64,000 nucleotides of DNA, from positions 9,172-73,171 of the forward strand of contig CAZSHM010000003.1 of the NCBI GenBank assembly GCA_964606855.1, in the 5' to 3' direction. Below are positions 36,651 to 46,044 of this stretch, one piece after another. Position numbers and translations under genes: made by a program. Under the pieces are notes generated by a model. That model saw nothing but the letters and a program-made list of their open reading frames with translations. It did not search any database and was not told where the DNA came from. Position 1 is the stretch's first letter, and every line of letters starts with the position of its first letter. Origin of the DNA: an uncultured Peptococcaceae bacterium. GTDB taxonomy: Bacteria; Bacillota; Peptococcia; Peptococcales; Peptococcaceae.

Positions 36651-37651
36651 GACACGCCTCCTGTCTCGCTCCGATCGGATCCGCTCCCGCCGGCGCGAAT
36701 CTCCTGCAAGATCTGCGCGCCGCCCGCCTCGGATAGCTCCGCCGCCAGCTGCCGCCCCAGCGCGCGCGCGGCCCGGAGACCGCGCTCCGCCGTATCCGGC
36801 AGCGCGCACGCGGCGGAGCGGCGCACGATGCGGCTGCCGTCGAGCGCGCCCACCAGCCCGTCCAAGGAAAGCGTGCCGTCCCGCAGCCGGGCGTTGGCGG
36901 CGACGGGAACCTGGCAGCCGCCCTCCAGCGCCGCGAGGAGCGCGCGCTCTGCCGCCGCGCAGAGCGCGGTCTCCGCATCGTGCACCGGCACCAGGAGATC
37001 CGCGATCTCCGCGTCGCCGCTCCGGCTCTCCACGCAGAGGATCCCCTGGCAGACGGCCGGCAGACAGACCGAAAAAGGAAGCCGCTCTCGGATGTGCCGC
37101 GCGAGCCCCATGCGCTCCAGACCGGCCGCCGCCAGGACGATGCCGTCAAAGCCCTCCTCCTCCATCTTCCGCAGCCGCGTCTGCAGGTTGCCGCGCAGAT
37201 CGCGGATCTCCAGATCCGGCCGCACATGCAAAAGCTGCGACTTGCGGCGCAGACTGCTGGTGCCCAGCTTGGCCCCGCGCGGCAACGCCGCGAGGGAGGC
37301 ATAGCGCGGCGAGAGCAGCACATCCGCCGGATCGTGGCGCTTCAGCACGCAGGTGATCGCAAGCCCCGGCGGCAGCTCCGTGGGGACATCCTTTAGGCTG
37401 TGCACCGCGAAATCCAGCTCTCCGCTCAGAAGCCCTGCCTCCAAGTCCCGCGTGAAAAGCCCCTTGTCCCCGATTTTCGACAGAGAGACATCCAGGATGC
37501 GATCTCCCGCGGTCTTTCGCGCGACCACCTCGTACGCCCGATCCTCACCGGTCTCCCGCAGTCTGTCCAGAACGAAGTTCGTCTGCCAAAGGGCCAGGGC
37601 GCTCTCCCGTGAGCCCACCCGAATCGTCTGCTTCCGAATCGTCTGCTTCAT
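36647..37651 (-). CDS. hemC: hydroxymethylbilane synthase (porphobilinogen deaminase)
   Basis: AAAGGAG lies 7 nt before the ATG at 37651. IRVGSRESALALWQ...KIGDKGLFTRDLE...HSLKDVP. Confidence 0.93.
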   Translation of the reverse strand: MKQTIRKQTIRVGSRESALALWQTNFVLDRLRETGEDRAYEVVARKTAGDRILDVSLSKIGDKGLFTRDLEAGLLSGELDFAVHSLKDVPTELPPGLAITCVLKRHDPADVLLSPRYASLAALPRGAKLGTSSLRRKSQLLHVRPDLEIRDLRGNLQTRLRKMEEEGFDGIVLAAAGLERMGLARHIRERLPFSVCLPAVCQGILCVESRSGDAEIADLLVPVHDAETALCAAAERALLAALEGGCQVPVAANARLRDGTLSLDGLVGALDGSRIVRRSAACALPDTAERGLRAARALGRQLAAELSEAGGAQILQEIRAGGSGSDRSETGGVS

Positions 37652-38978
37652 GCCCCCGCTCCTTTCCGCGCGCCGCGGCGTCTTTTTGGGGATCCGCTTC
37701 GGCCGCCTGATCCTCCGGCAGCTCAAACAGATCGTTCACCGCCCGGATGTAGCAGTCGATGCGCTCCGCATGGCTCCCCGCCAGCTGGCGCAGATTGTAC
37801 ATCGGCTTGTGGAGCAGCTGGCTGACGATGCTGTGCGCCAGCTGTTCCACAATCCGCTTCTCCCGCGGCGTCACATCGTCAATGCGGCGCAGCGCCTTCT
37901 CCACTTCCTTCTGCTTGATGGCCTCCACCTGCCCGCGCAGCTTGACGATGGTCGGCACCACCAGCAGGGAATCCAGCCAAAAAAAGAAATTGTCCACTTC
38001 CTCCGCCACGATGGCCCTCGCCTGCTCCGCCTCCCGCATCCGTCCCTCGAGATTCTGCGCCACCACATGCTGCAGATCGTCGATGTCAAAGAGACGCACA
38101 TGCTCCAGCTCCGCCACGTCGGGGGCGATATCCCGCGGCACGGCGATGTCCAGAAACAGGAGCGGTTTGGTGCGGCCCGCCAGAAGCGGTTCCAGATCTT
38201 TTTTTTCGATGATATATTTCGGGGACGCGGTGCAGCAGAGGATGATGTCCGCGCGGTCCAGATAGAGTCCGAAATGATCCAGCCGAATGGCCTTGCCCCC
38301 GAACTCCTCCGCCAGCCGCTGCGCGCGGTCGAAGGTGCGGTTCGCGACGATCACGCCGCTGATGCCGTTGGAAACCAGATGGCGCAGCGCCAGTTCGCTG
38401 GTCTCGCCCGCGCCCAGAATCAGCACCGTCTTGTGGTCCAGGCTTCCGAGCTCCTGCTTTGCCAGTTCCACCGCCGCAGAGCTGACCGACACCGCCTGGC
38501 GGTCGATGCAGGTCTCCGTGCGCACACGCTTTCCCACACTCAGCGCGTTCATCAGCAGGGTGTTGAGCACGCTGTCGGACAGCTCGCAGGTGAGGGCGCA
38601 GCTGTAGGCCTCCTGTACCTGCCCCTGGATCTGGCTCTCCCCCAGGATCATGGAATCCAGTCCTGCCGCCACCGTAAACAGGTGCTCCACCGCCGCCCGC
38701 CCCTTGTATACATACAGATACTGCCGCAGTTCTTCCGGCGCGCAGCCGCTGTAGTCGGAGATAAACGCCTGCAGCGCTTCCACCGCCTCCCGGTCGCGGG
38801 CGGCGTCCAGATAAAACTCCGTGCGGTTGCAGGTGGAGAGCACCGCCACGCCCTCCGCGCCGCGCAGATTGCGCAACTGCGCCGCGGAGCGCTGAATATG
38901 CGGTTTTGAGAGGGCCACTTTCTCGCGGATTTCCACCGGCGCCGTCCTGTAATTTAGTCCCAATACGACGATAGACAT
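37545..38978 (-). CDS. hemA: glutamyl-tRNA reductase with extended C-terminal tail
   Basis: MSIVVLGLNYRTAPVEIREK..., LSTCNRTEFY, GAGETSE NADPH motif. The ORF continues 107 nt into hemC. Confidence 0.9.
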   Translation of the reverse strand: MSIVVLGLNYRTAPVEIREKVALSKPHIQRSAAQLRNLRGAEGVAVLSTCNRTEFYLDAARDREAVEALQAFISDYSGCAPEELRQYLYVYKGRAAVEHLFTVAAGLDSMILGESQIQGQVQEAYSCALTCELSDSVLNTLLMNALSVGKRVRTETCIDRQAVSVSSAAVELAKQELGSLDHKTVLILGAGETSELALRHLVSNGISGVIVANRTFDRAQRLAEEFGGKAIRLDHFGLYLDRADIILCCTASPKYIIEKKDLEPLLAGRTKPLLFLDIAVPRDIAPDVAELEHVRLFDIDDLQHVVAQNLEGRMREAEQARAIVAEEVDNFFFWLDSLLVVPTIVKLRGQVEAIKQKEVEKALRRIDDVTPREKRIVEQLAHSIVSQLLHKPMYNLRQLAGSHAERIDCYIRAVNDLFELPEDQAAEADPQKDAAARGKERGHEADDSEADDSGGLTGERPGPLADELRSGQTAGDR

Positions 38979-39595
38979 GCTCTCACCTTGTTTTCCACTT
39001 CTTCCCGGCTTGTCCCGCGCAGTTCCCCCGGCAGATCCATCTCCGCCAGGCGCTGAAGAAACTCTCGCCGCTTGGAGGCATCCTTGATGCCGCACATGGC
39101 CTCCTCGCGCGCCGCGGCCACAATCTCCAGCATGACGCCGTACTCCGGCCCGAACTCCTCCTCCAGCCGCTCGCGGATGGAGCGGGCGATGGCGGGGCTC
39201 ACGCCGCCCGTGGAGACCGCCAGGAGCAGATCGCCGCGCCGCACCGCCGCGCTGACGGCAAAACTGCTCTCCTCACGGCTGTCCGCCACATTGACCAGCA
39301 CCTGATGCGCCTCGCACCAGCGCGCCACCGCGCGGTTGACGTCGCGCCGGTCGGTGGCGGCGATCACGAGGAAACTGCCCGCGAGCTGTCCGTCCCGGTA
39401 GGGCGCGGCAATCCAGGACAGGCGGTTCGCCTCGGCCAGCTCCGCAAGTTGCGGACAGAGCGCGGGGCTGATCACCGTCACGCTGGCCTCCTCCTCCAGA
39501 AGGCTTTCCACCTTGCGCAGCGCCACCGTTCCACCGCCCACCACCGTGCAAGGACGGCCCGCCAGATTCAGGGTCACCGCATATTGAAACGACAT
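38954..39595 (-). CDS. sirC: precorrin-2 dehydrogenase / sirohydrochlorin ferrochelatase (siroheme synthase N-terminal domain type)
   Basis: The ATG at 39595 gives MSFQYAVTLNLAGRPCTVVGGGTVALRKV... (Rossmann GGGxxA) and VNVAD. Confidence 0.8.
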   Translation of the reverse strand: MSFQYAVTLNLAGRPCTVVGGGTVALRKVESLLEEEASVTVISPALCPQLAELAEANRLSWIAAPYRDGQLAGSFLVIAATDRRDVNRAVARWCEAHQVLVNVADSREESSFAVSAAVRRGDLLLAVSTGGVSPAIARSIRERLEEEFGPEYGVMLEIVAAAREEAMCGIKDASKRREFLQRLAEMDLPGELRGTSREEVENKVRACLSSYWD

Positions 39596-39634
39596 GTGTA
39601 AAACCTCTTTTCCGCAAAGGCGCCCGCGCCGCAC

Positions 39635-40609
39635 TCAGGAGACGCGCGCCCGCAGATACTCCACGCCCTTGCGCAGGATTTCCTTCTGCGGGAAATCCGG
39701 CAGCGCCGCGATGTATGCCTCGCCCTGGCGCAGGTAGCTCTCGGCGCGCTCCTGTGCCGCCGTCACTCCGCCCTGCGCCTCAATGATGGCGACGGCGCGG
39801 TCCACCTCCGCCTGACCGCCGGCAAAATGTCCTTCGATGAGACACAGGAGCTCCTCCCGCTCCGCAAAATCCTTCTGCAGCACCAGAATGACAGGCAGGG
39901 TCAGAATGCCGTTCGCCAGATCGCGCCCCACCGGTTTGCCCAGTGTGTTGGCATTGCTGTGCAGATCCAGGATATCATCCTGAATCTGAAAGGCCATGCC
40001 GAGATGATAGCCGATCTTGTAAAAAAGTTCAATCTCCTCCTCGCTGCCGCCGGAGGCCACCGCTGCCGCCTGGCAGCTGCTCGCCATCAGCAGGGCCGTC
40101 TTGCGGTCGATGCGGTAGTAGTAGGTCTCCTCGGTCTGCGCGGTGTCAAAGGCGCCGCGCAGCTGCTCCACTTCCCCCAGGCTCATCTCCACGCAGAGAT
40201 CGGCCAGAATCCGCAGCAGGCGGTCGCTCTCCGGCTGGGCGCGAACGATCTCCACCGCCTTGACCAGCACGTAATCCCCCACATGGATCGCGTAACGGTT
40301 GCCGTGCAGGATATTGACTGTGGGCTCTCCGCGCCGTGTGGACGCCCCGTCCACCACGTCGTCGTGGATCAGCGAAGCCATGTGAATCATCTCCAGTGCA
40401 GCCGCCAATGGCACAATCCCCGCCTCGTTGCCGTACATACTTGCCGTCAGCAGGGCAAGGGCCGGCCGCACGCGTTTGCCGCCGGCGTGCAGCATGGACA
40501 GCGCGCTCTCGCGCAGGGCCGGATGCGGGAAGTTCAAAGCCTCCTCCAGATACGCCTCCACATCGCGCATGCGATTCTTGATGTCATGCAGTTCCAAAAC
40601 TCTCAGCAT
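39635..40609 (-). CDS. hepT: polyprenyl diphosphate synthase (HepT-like long-chain trans-prenyltransferase)
   Basis: GGKRVRP, first DDxxD LIHDDVVD, second FQIQDDILD. Confidence 0.88.
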   Translation of the reverse strand: MLRVLELHDIKNRMRDVEAYLEEALNFPHPALRESALSMLHAGGKRVRPALALLTASMYGNEAGIVPLAAALEMIHMASLIHDDVVDGASTRRGEPTVNILHGNRYAIHVGDYVLVKAVEIVRAQPESDRLLRILADLCVEMSLGEVEQLRGAFDTAQTEETYYYRIDRKTALLMASSCQAAAVASGGSEEEIELFYKIGYHLGMAFQIQDDILDLHSNANTLGKPVGRDLANGILTLPVILVLQKDFAEREELLCLIEGHFAGGQAEVDRAVAIIEAQGGVTAAQERAESYLRQGEAYIAALPDFPQKEILRKGVEYLRARVS

Positions 40610-40621
40610 ACCTTTTATCCC

Positions 40622-41260
40622 CTAGCATTCTTCCATCTCCAGCCGCGCCGCCAGCGTCTCCAGATCCGGCACCGGCAGCTCCGCGTCCGCGGGCCGCAGC
40701 CGCGCTTCGGCCCCCCGCGCCAGCGCTTTCAGGCGAGCGGCCGCATCCCGCTCCGTCCCGGGCGCGGGCTGTGCCAGAATCGCCGCCGCCTCCGCCGTCG
40801 TCTCCAGCAGAAGCTCGCGCGCGCCGCGGGCCGCGCCGCCCGTCAGCGCATCGATCCCCCCGCTGTTGAGCCGCCGCATAAACTCGATATAGACCGGCAG
40901 GCACGCTTCCTTGCCGGAAGCGGAGAGCGTCTCGTAGAAGCGCCCCAGAAAGAGATCGCCCAGGAGAACTTTCAGCTGGTCGCCGCGCCCGCCTGTCTCC
41001 CCGACGGATCCGTGCAGCCGCGCGTAGAGATAGACCAGCTCCGAGAGCTGCCCCAAGTCCCGCCCGTCCGCTCCGGACAGACCCGCCTCGCGCCCCAGAT
41101 AAGCGCCCACACGCGGGAAAAAGAGGAAGGCATCGTAGGTGAGCACATCGCGCGCGTCTGTTCCCTCCAGGAGCTCAAACACCGTGACATCCTTCACCCG
41201 CAGCTGCGAAAGGAAATCCTGCAAGTCAACCACCTCCCCGTTCGCCGGCTCGGCGCCCAC
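40622..41260 (-). CDS. heptaprenyl diphosphate synthase component I (HepS)-like protein
   Basis: It sits directly upstream of the hepT-like gene. VLLGDLFLGRFYETLSA resembles the B. subtilis HepS segment VLAGDYFSGLYYSLLSE. The start is uncertain: GTG at 41260 or TTG about 41218. Confidence 0.5.
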   Translation of the reverse strand: MGAEPANGEVVDLQDFLSQLRVKDVTVFELLEGTDARDVLTYDAFLFFPRVGAYLGREAGLSGADGRDLGQLSELVYLYARLHGSVGETGGRGDQLKVLLGDLFLGRFYETLSASGKEACLPVYIEFMRRLNSGGIDALTGGAARGARELLLETTAEAAAILAQPAPGTERDAAARLKALARGAEARLRPADAELPVPDLETLAARLEMEEC

Positions 41261-41465
41261 CCTCTCCCGCGGCGCATCCGTCCGGCGTTGTCCCGGGCAA
41301 TCGCATCCTACCCCGAAACTTTCACTGAAAGTTTATTGTAGCATACTTTATTCCGAGTTTCAACAATTCCATGCGCCCCTGTGCGCGGAATTATGATACG
41401 GTATTTTTATAATAGAGGACAGAACTTGCGGGGCAGCGCCGCGCCGTGCGCATCGCGCCAAACAC

Positions 41466-41494
41466 AAAAAACAGAGGCGGAAGGCCCGCCTCTG
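41466..41494 (-). terminator. intrinsic terminator (distal of tandem pair after permease B)
   Basis: cagaggcgg/ccgcctctg stem followed by a U6 tract on the minus strand. Confidence 0.65.
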
Positions 41495-41554
41495 TGTACC
41501 CCGCGCTGCCCCCCGGATCCGCCTCATTCCGTGTCAACCCCGGGGGGATATCCA

Positions 41555-41592
41555 AAAACCGCCCCCACTTCAGAACCGCTGAAAATGGGGGC
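41555..41592 (-). terminator. intrinsic terminator (proximal) after permease B
   Basis: gcccccA...Tgggggc stem followed by GGUUUUUGG on the minus strand, about 50 nt past the stop. Confidence 0.55.
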
Positions 41593-41639
41593 AGTGCACT
41601 GTTACTCTATGCGATTGCGGAATGGAATGCCGGACGCCG

Positions 41640-43121
41640 TCACGGCTGCAAGTTGGCGCAGAACAGATTCGGGAACGTCAGACTGACGATGACCGACATG
41701 ACCAGCGCCAAAAGGATCCACGGGACACAGACTTTGTAGAGCTGCTTCTTGTTCACCCATTCCGTGTTGCCAAACACCATCGCGGCCATCATGCTGCCGC
41801 TCGGTGCCAGATAGGCCCATTGCGTACCGAAATAGACCGCCATGATGGCGATCATCGGGTTGTAGCCGGCCGCCACCAGGATCGGCGCCAGGAGAGGCGC
41901 AAAGACCATCTGCAGCACCATGTTCATGGAGAACTGACTGATCGCGCACATGAGCACGCAGACCGCGATCACAAAGACCAGGAGCGACATCTTGCTCACC
42001 ATCGGAACCAGGATCGCGGACAAGAACGCCAGCACGCCCGTCCCCTCCGATACCAGGGCCGCCGCGATCACCATGATGGCGCCCGTCAGCAGAACCATAT
42101 CCCAGCTGACATTGGACATCAGCCGCGTGAAATTCGCAAACGGCTCCCCGTCCTCCTTCTTGCAGAGGATCAGGATGGCCACCGTGAGGATCCCGCAGAC
42201 GCCCACCATTCCGGCCTTGCTGAAGAGCGCCGTGAAGGCCCAGCTCGCAGGCAGGACCGACGGAATCAGCATGGCGACGCAGAAGAGCAGCAGAATCACC
42301 GCGCCGCGCTTCTGGTCGGCGTTCAGGCTGACTTTCTTCCCCGCGCCGCTCTCCAGCAGCGCCTCGGAACCGTCCTTAAATTTTTTCGTGTCGATGCGGG
42401 CGATGAATTTCCCGGTCAGGAGGAACAGCACAAGCGCCAACGCGAGCGGAACCGAGATGCACATCGTGTACTGAAACCCGGTCAGCGCCGCCCCGCCCAT
42501 GGCGGTCGAGAGGATGCCGCGCGTGTAAATAGAGCCCGGCATGAAGAACGGCCATACCGTAAAGAGCCCGCTCATGGAGATGCCGAGCATGACGAAGGTC
42601 GGCAGGGCGTCCCCTTTCGTGTACCCCATCTTCTTCAGGACGGGGCCCATAAAGCTGAAGCCCAGAAGGATCATCATAATCGGGTTTCCAATGAAAGGTG
42701 CGAGAATTGCCAGCGCAAAAAACAAGAACGTCATAAACACCCATGGCTTTCCTACGGCGAACTTTCTGGTGACCAGCCAGGTCGCCACAACGTCCAGCAG
42801 GTTTGTCTCATTGATGTAGGCAAACAGAATAAAACCGACCAGAGACGCGATGAAGGTCGTGTTCGTCAAGAGCAGGCCCAGCGCGGCTTCCGGGGTCTCC
42901 GCATATCCGCAGAAGCCGAGCATAATCACGCCCAGGATGCTCGGCCAGAGCATTCCGCAGGTGCTCCAGCCCCAAATCATCCCGAGAAAAATGCATATCA
43001 CGGACACGCCCAGCGGTGTGATCGGCGCGGGCGCCGGGAGGACAAACCCCAGCAACATGAGTGCGATAACGATACAAGGATTCAGATACGTTTTGATCAG
43101 ACGCTTTCCATCAGACATCAT
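41640..43121 (-). CDS. polytopic permease, ion-transporter-superfamily-like (copy B)
   Basis: 493 aa, paralog of 25042..26493, with the same N-terminal L(L/V)P(P/A)P...G(M/V)...WGW/YGW pattern. Two adjacent ATGs at 43121 and 43118. Confidence 0.7.
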   Translation of the reverse strand: MMSDGKRLIKTYLNPCIVIALMLLGFVLPAPAPITPLGVSVICIFLGMIWGWSTCGMLWPSILGVIMLGFCGYAETPEAALGLLLTNTTFIASLVGFILFAYINETNLLDVVATWLVTRKFAVGKPWVFMTFLFFALAILAPFIGNPIMMILLGFSFMGPVLKKMGYTKGDALPTFVMLGISMSGLFTVWPFFMPGSIYTRGILSTAMGGAALTGFQYTMCISVPLALALVLFLLTGKFIARIDTKKFKDGSEALLESGAGKKVSLNADQKRGAVILLLFCVAMLIPSVLPASWAFTALFSKAGMVGVCGILTVAILILCKKEDGEPFANFTRLMSNVSWDMVLLTGAIMVIAAALVSEGTGVLAFLSAILVPMVSKMSLLVFVIAVCVLMCAISQFSMNMVLQMVFAPLLAPILVAAGYNPMIAIMAVYFGTQWAYLAPSGSMMAAMVFGNTEWVNKKQLYKVCVPWILLALVMSVIVSLTFPNLFCANLQP

Positions 43122-43333
43122 TTTTCCCTTCTTCCAATTCTTCCAACTTCCTATTTTCTACTTCCGAGTTTTCTACTTTCGTCCTGTTCCGCGTGCCACG
43201 CACAGCGCCGCAGGCATACCTTCTGCGCTGCGGGACGGCGCCGCGCCGTCCCAGCGGCGTCCATAAACCGCTGTTTCGCTGTTCTTGGCGCTTTGCCTGT
43301 CAAAGCCGAGATAAAACTGAATTTGGAAACTGA

Positions 43334-43343
43334 ATTCGCGAAT
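43334..43343. promoter_or_regulatory. ATTCGCGAAT palindrome (candidate operator) upstream of permease B
   Basis: Same 10-bp core as at 48214..48223, embedded in a larger dyad CTGAATT...AATTCAG. It lies about 12 nt downstream of a weak promoter-like TTGCTT-17-TACGCT. Confidence 0.4.
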
Positions 43344-43468
43344 CTGATAAATTCAGCGTAGCGCAATCCCTTCCATAAAGCAAACGAAGGTTTTTCAGCT
43401 TATGTTCCCTAACATGATTTCCGGCAAAATAAAATAGCCGGGGCTTCCCGGCATCTTTTCTGGCATCC

Positions 43469-44377
43469 CTATATAAACTTTTTGATCATCCCCTGCGCCG
43501 CGGTGATATACTTTTGCGGCAATCCCTGCCGCCAGCAGATCGTCAGCGCCAGCCGCATGTCCGTCTGGATGGGGATGTAGCGCACTTCCGCCTCCCTGTC
43601 TAAGTTTCTCCTGCAGCCGACGCTTACACCCTGATCCATCTTCAGCATCGCCGTCAGGACCTGCACACTGGAGAGATTCGCGATGATGCGGAGCTTTCCG
43701 TACTCCTCCAGCATTTCCAGAATCGGAAAGGCCTGATCATACCCCTGCGTGAAGCGCAGAAACGGGAGCTTTGCCGCGTCCTCCGGCGAGATCTGTTTCC
43801 TGTCATCCGCGATCCACTGGGAATGGGCAGCCGCGAGAACACACGGCTTTTCCGTCGAGACTTTGTAAAAGCAAAGATTCGTCCACGCCGAGAATTTCTC
43901 TTCGATCGGCTCTACAAAGTATCCGATCAGGACGGTGTTCGGATGCTCTTCCAGAAATTGCAGGCTCTTGTCGTTCTCGTAGAGGATGTCCGGAAATTCC
44001 GCATCGATCCCCTGCTCAAGCATGTAGGGGAGGAAACGCTCCACACTCCCCTGCCACCATCCACGGGGAAGCAGAACCGTCAGCTTCTCCCGCTTCTCCC
44101 GCGCGGCCCCCTTGGTCCGGATCGCCTCGATCTCGCGCTCCACTTTTTCCACCTCCGCAAACAGGCGCTCCGAGCGCACGGCGATCTGTTTCGCCTCCTC
44201 CGTCAGTTCGATGCCGCGATACGTGCGCAGGAGCAGTTTGATCTCCCAGTCATGCTCCAGCTTGTGCAGCGCAGCGCTGATCGTGGACGGCGCCACCGGA
44301 ATCGATTCTGCCGCCAGGCGGATGGAATTAAACCGGTATACCCGGCACAGATAGTCGAGCGGTTCGAGCTTCAACAT
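43469..44377 (-). CDS. LysR-family transcriptional regulator
   Basis: N-terminal wHTH (FNSIRLAAESIPVAPSTISAALHKLEHDWEIKLLLRTYRGIELTEEA) plus a substrate-binding-like C-terminus. Confidence 0.85.
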   Translation of the reverse strand: MLKLEPLDYLCRVYRFNSIRLAAESIPVAPSTISAALHKLEHDWEIKLLLRTYRGIELTEEAKQIAVRSERLFAEVEKVEREIEAIRTKGAAREKREKLTVLLPRGWWQGSVERFLPYMLEQGIDAEFPDILYENDKSLQFLEEHPNTVLIGYFVEPIEEKFSAWTNLCFYKVSTEKPCVLAAAHSQWIADDRKQISPEDAAKLPFLRFTQGYDQAFPILEMLEEYGKLRIIANLSSVQVLTAMLKMDQGVSVGCRRNLDREAEVRYIPIQTDMRLALTICWRQGLPQKYITAAQGMIKKFI

Positions 44378-44611
44378 TGGAATCCCCCCATTCTTCTCGC
44401 TGTCGAACCTGGATTGCCCCCTTCTCGAGACAGTATACCATAGAATCGAGTTTCATAAATTTATTTTATGCAATCTTGCTCCCAGAAACTTGAAAAAGAA
44501 TCATCTTCCAGAATGGAAGGGAGCCGCCCTGCCGAAACAGGACCGCTCCCCGCACAAACCGCGCTCGCACAGCGATAAAAACACTCGTTTTCCTCGCCTG
44601 TCCGCGCCCTT

Positions 44612-45028
44612 TTACCCTCTCGCTCTGCGCCGTTTAAATTTCTCAAAATCCGGCAGGCCTGTCTTCAGGCCGTGATCGTCCAGCAGATCGATATTTTTTA
44701 AGATCCAGGTGATCATATCGGCCACCTTGGAGATGTTCAGCTGCGTATTCAGATCATTCTCTTCCATGTCATAGAAATAGTTGAACTGGAAATTCTCCAC
44801 ATAGTACTCCGCCAAGTCATAGACCGCTTTCTCCACCCCGAACTCCGTCTTCTCACACTTTGGGCAATAGAGTTCCAATCCGGCGCCGCCATAGATGTCA
44901 TAGATCACCAAACCCGTCGTCAATTTCCCGCCGCAGCGCTTGCAGACGCACCGCTCCTGCCGCGCCTTCAGCATCTCCTTCTCTGTCTCGCTGCTGCCCT
45001 GACCGCCTCGAGCCATCCCTTCGCCCAT
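44612..45028 (-). CDS. small zinc-ribbon protein (CxxC...CxxC), 138 aa (copy B)
   Basis: RCVCKRCGG...LYCPKCEKTEFGVEKAVYDLAEYYVENFQFNYFYD... aligns with copy A. It starts 3 nt after the ABC ATPase stop. Confidence 0.7.
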   Translation of the reverse strand: MGEGMARGGQGSSETEKEMLKARQERCVCKRCGGKLTTGLVIYDIYGGAGLELYCPKCEKTEFGVEKAVYDLAEYYVENFQFNYFYDMEENDLNTQLNISKVADMITWILKNIDLLDDHGLKTGLPDFEKFKRRRARG

Positions 45029-45031
45029 CGC

Positions 45032-45859
45032 TCACGCCTCGCTTTCCATGTCTTGCATCCACACATCCCGCTTCATCCGCAGTTCCTCGCCGATATGGAT
45101 CTGAAACGTTCCGTCTTTATGTTCTACGTATGTGGGGTGTCCAAAGAAATCACTCAGGGTTCCGGCAGAGAATACCTCCGCGATGTCCCCCTGCGCATAG
45201 ACTTTCCCGTTTTGCAAAAGCAGCGCTTTCTGATAAAACGGCAGAATCTCCTCCGCATGGTGCGTGACAGAGACGACGGTCACATCCGTTGTCTCCGCGA
45301 TCTCCTGCAGGGTATTCAAAAAGAACTCCCGCGCGATCAGATCCAGCCCGTTCAGTGGCTCATCCAGCAGCAGCAGTCTCGGCGGCACCATCAGGGCGCG
45401 CGCCAGCAGCACCCGCTGCCGCTGCCCCTGTGAAAGCATGTCATAGGGATAGTCCGCCCGCGCGGCGACGCCAAGCGCCTTTAAAAGGTCTCTCGCCTTT
45501 CTCACATCGGCATCCCGGATCTCCCTCTGCCGCCCCAGCCCGCCGAATTTTGCCGCCAGGACGATATCTAGGCCGCTCTCCCGGCGGAAACAGCGGTCCA
45601 GAAACGAGGCGCTGACAAAGCCGACACGTTTTCGCAGTTCCGCCGCGCTCTTCCCGTCCAGCGTTTCTCCGAACAGTTTCACAGAGCCCTTGTTGTGGGA
45701 TTTATAGCCCGCAACCGTACTCAGCAGGGTCGTCTTGCCGCACCCGTTCGCGCCGAAGACGATCCAGTGCTCCCGCTCCCGAACCGTCCAGTTGATGTCC
45801 TGCAGCAGGTACTTGCTGCCCTGTTTGTGGGATAACCCGTTTGTCTCGATCACATGCAT
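45032..45859 (-). CDS. orphan ABC ATPase, ModF/YlmA (COG1119)-like (copy B)
   Basis: GANGCGKTT, LSQGQRQRVLLARAL, LLLLDEPLNGLD, VTHHAEEI. The start is chosen at the ATG giving MHVIETNG (GAAGGA 9 nt upstream). The ORF could extend to 45886. Confidence 0.85.
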   Translation of the reverse strand: MHVIETNGLSHKQGSKYLLQDINWTVREREHWIVFGANGCGKTTLLSTVAGYKSHNKGSVKLFGETLDGKSAAELRKRVGFVSASFLDRCFRRESGLDIVLAAKFGGLGRQREIRDADVRKARDLLKALGVAARADYPYDMLSQGQRQRVLLARALMVPPRLLLLDEPLNGLDLIAREFFLNTLQEIAETTDVTVVSVTHHAEEILPFYQKALLLQNGKVYAQGDIAEVFSAGTLSDFFGHPTYVEHKDGTFQIHIGEELRMKRDVWMQDMESEA

Positions 45860-45915
45860 GCGCATCTGTCCTTCTATTGGAATCAAAAAAAAGGAAGTTA
45901 AAAAATGATGGGGAT

Positions 45916-45969
45916 CAAAAGACCAGCCTGCCGGCGCCCGCGGTTTCGCGCGCAGGATCGCCGGCAGGC
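45916..45969 (-). terminator. hairpin terminator after AP-family gene B
   Basis: gcctgccggcg / cgccggcaggc arms followed by UGGUCUUUUG on the minus strand. Confidence 0.45.
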
Positions 45970-46044
45970 CGGATGCTCCCGTTTTTCTCCGTCAAACAAG
46001 CTGCCCCACACAGAACCGCGTCCTCTTCCGTGTGGCGGGCGTCT

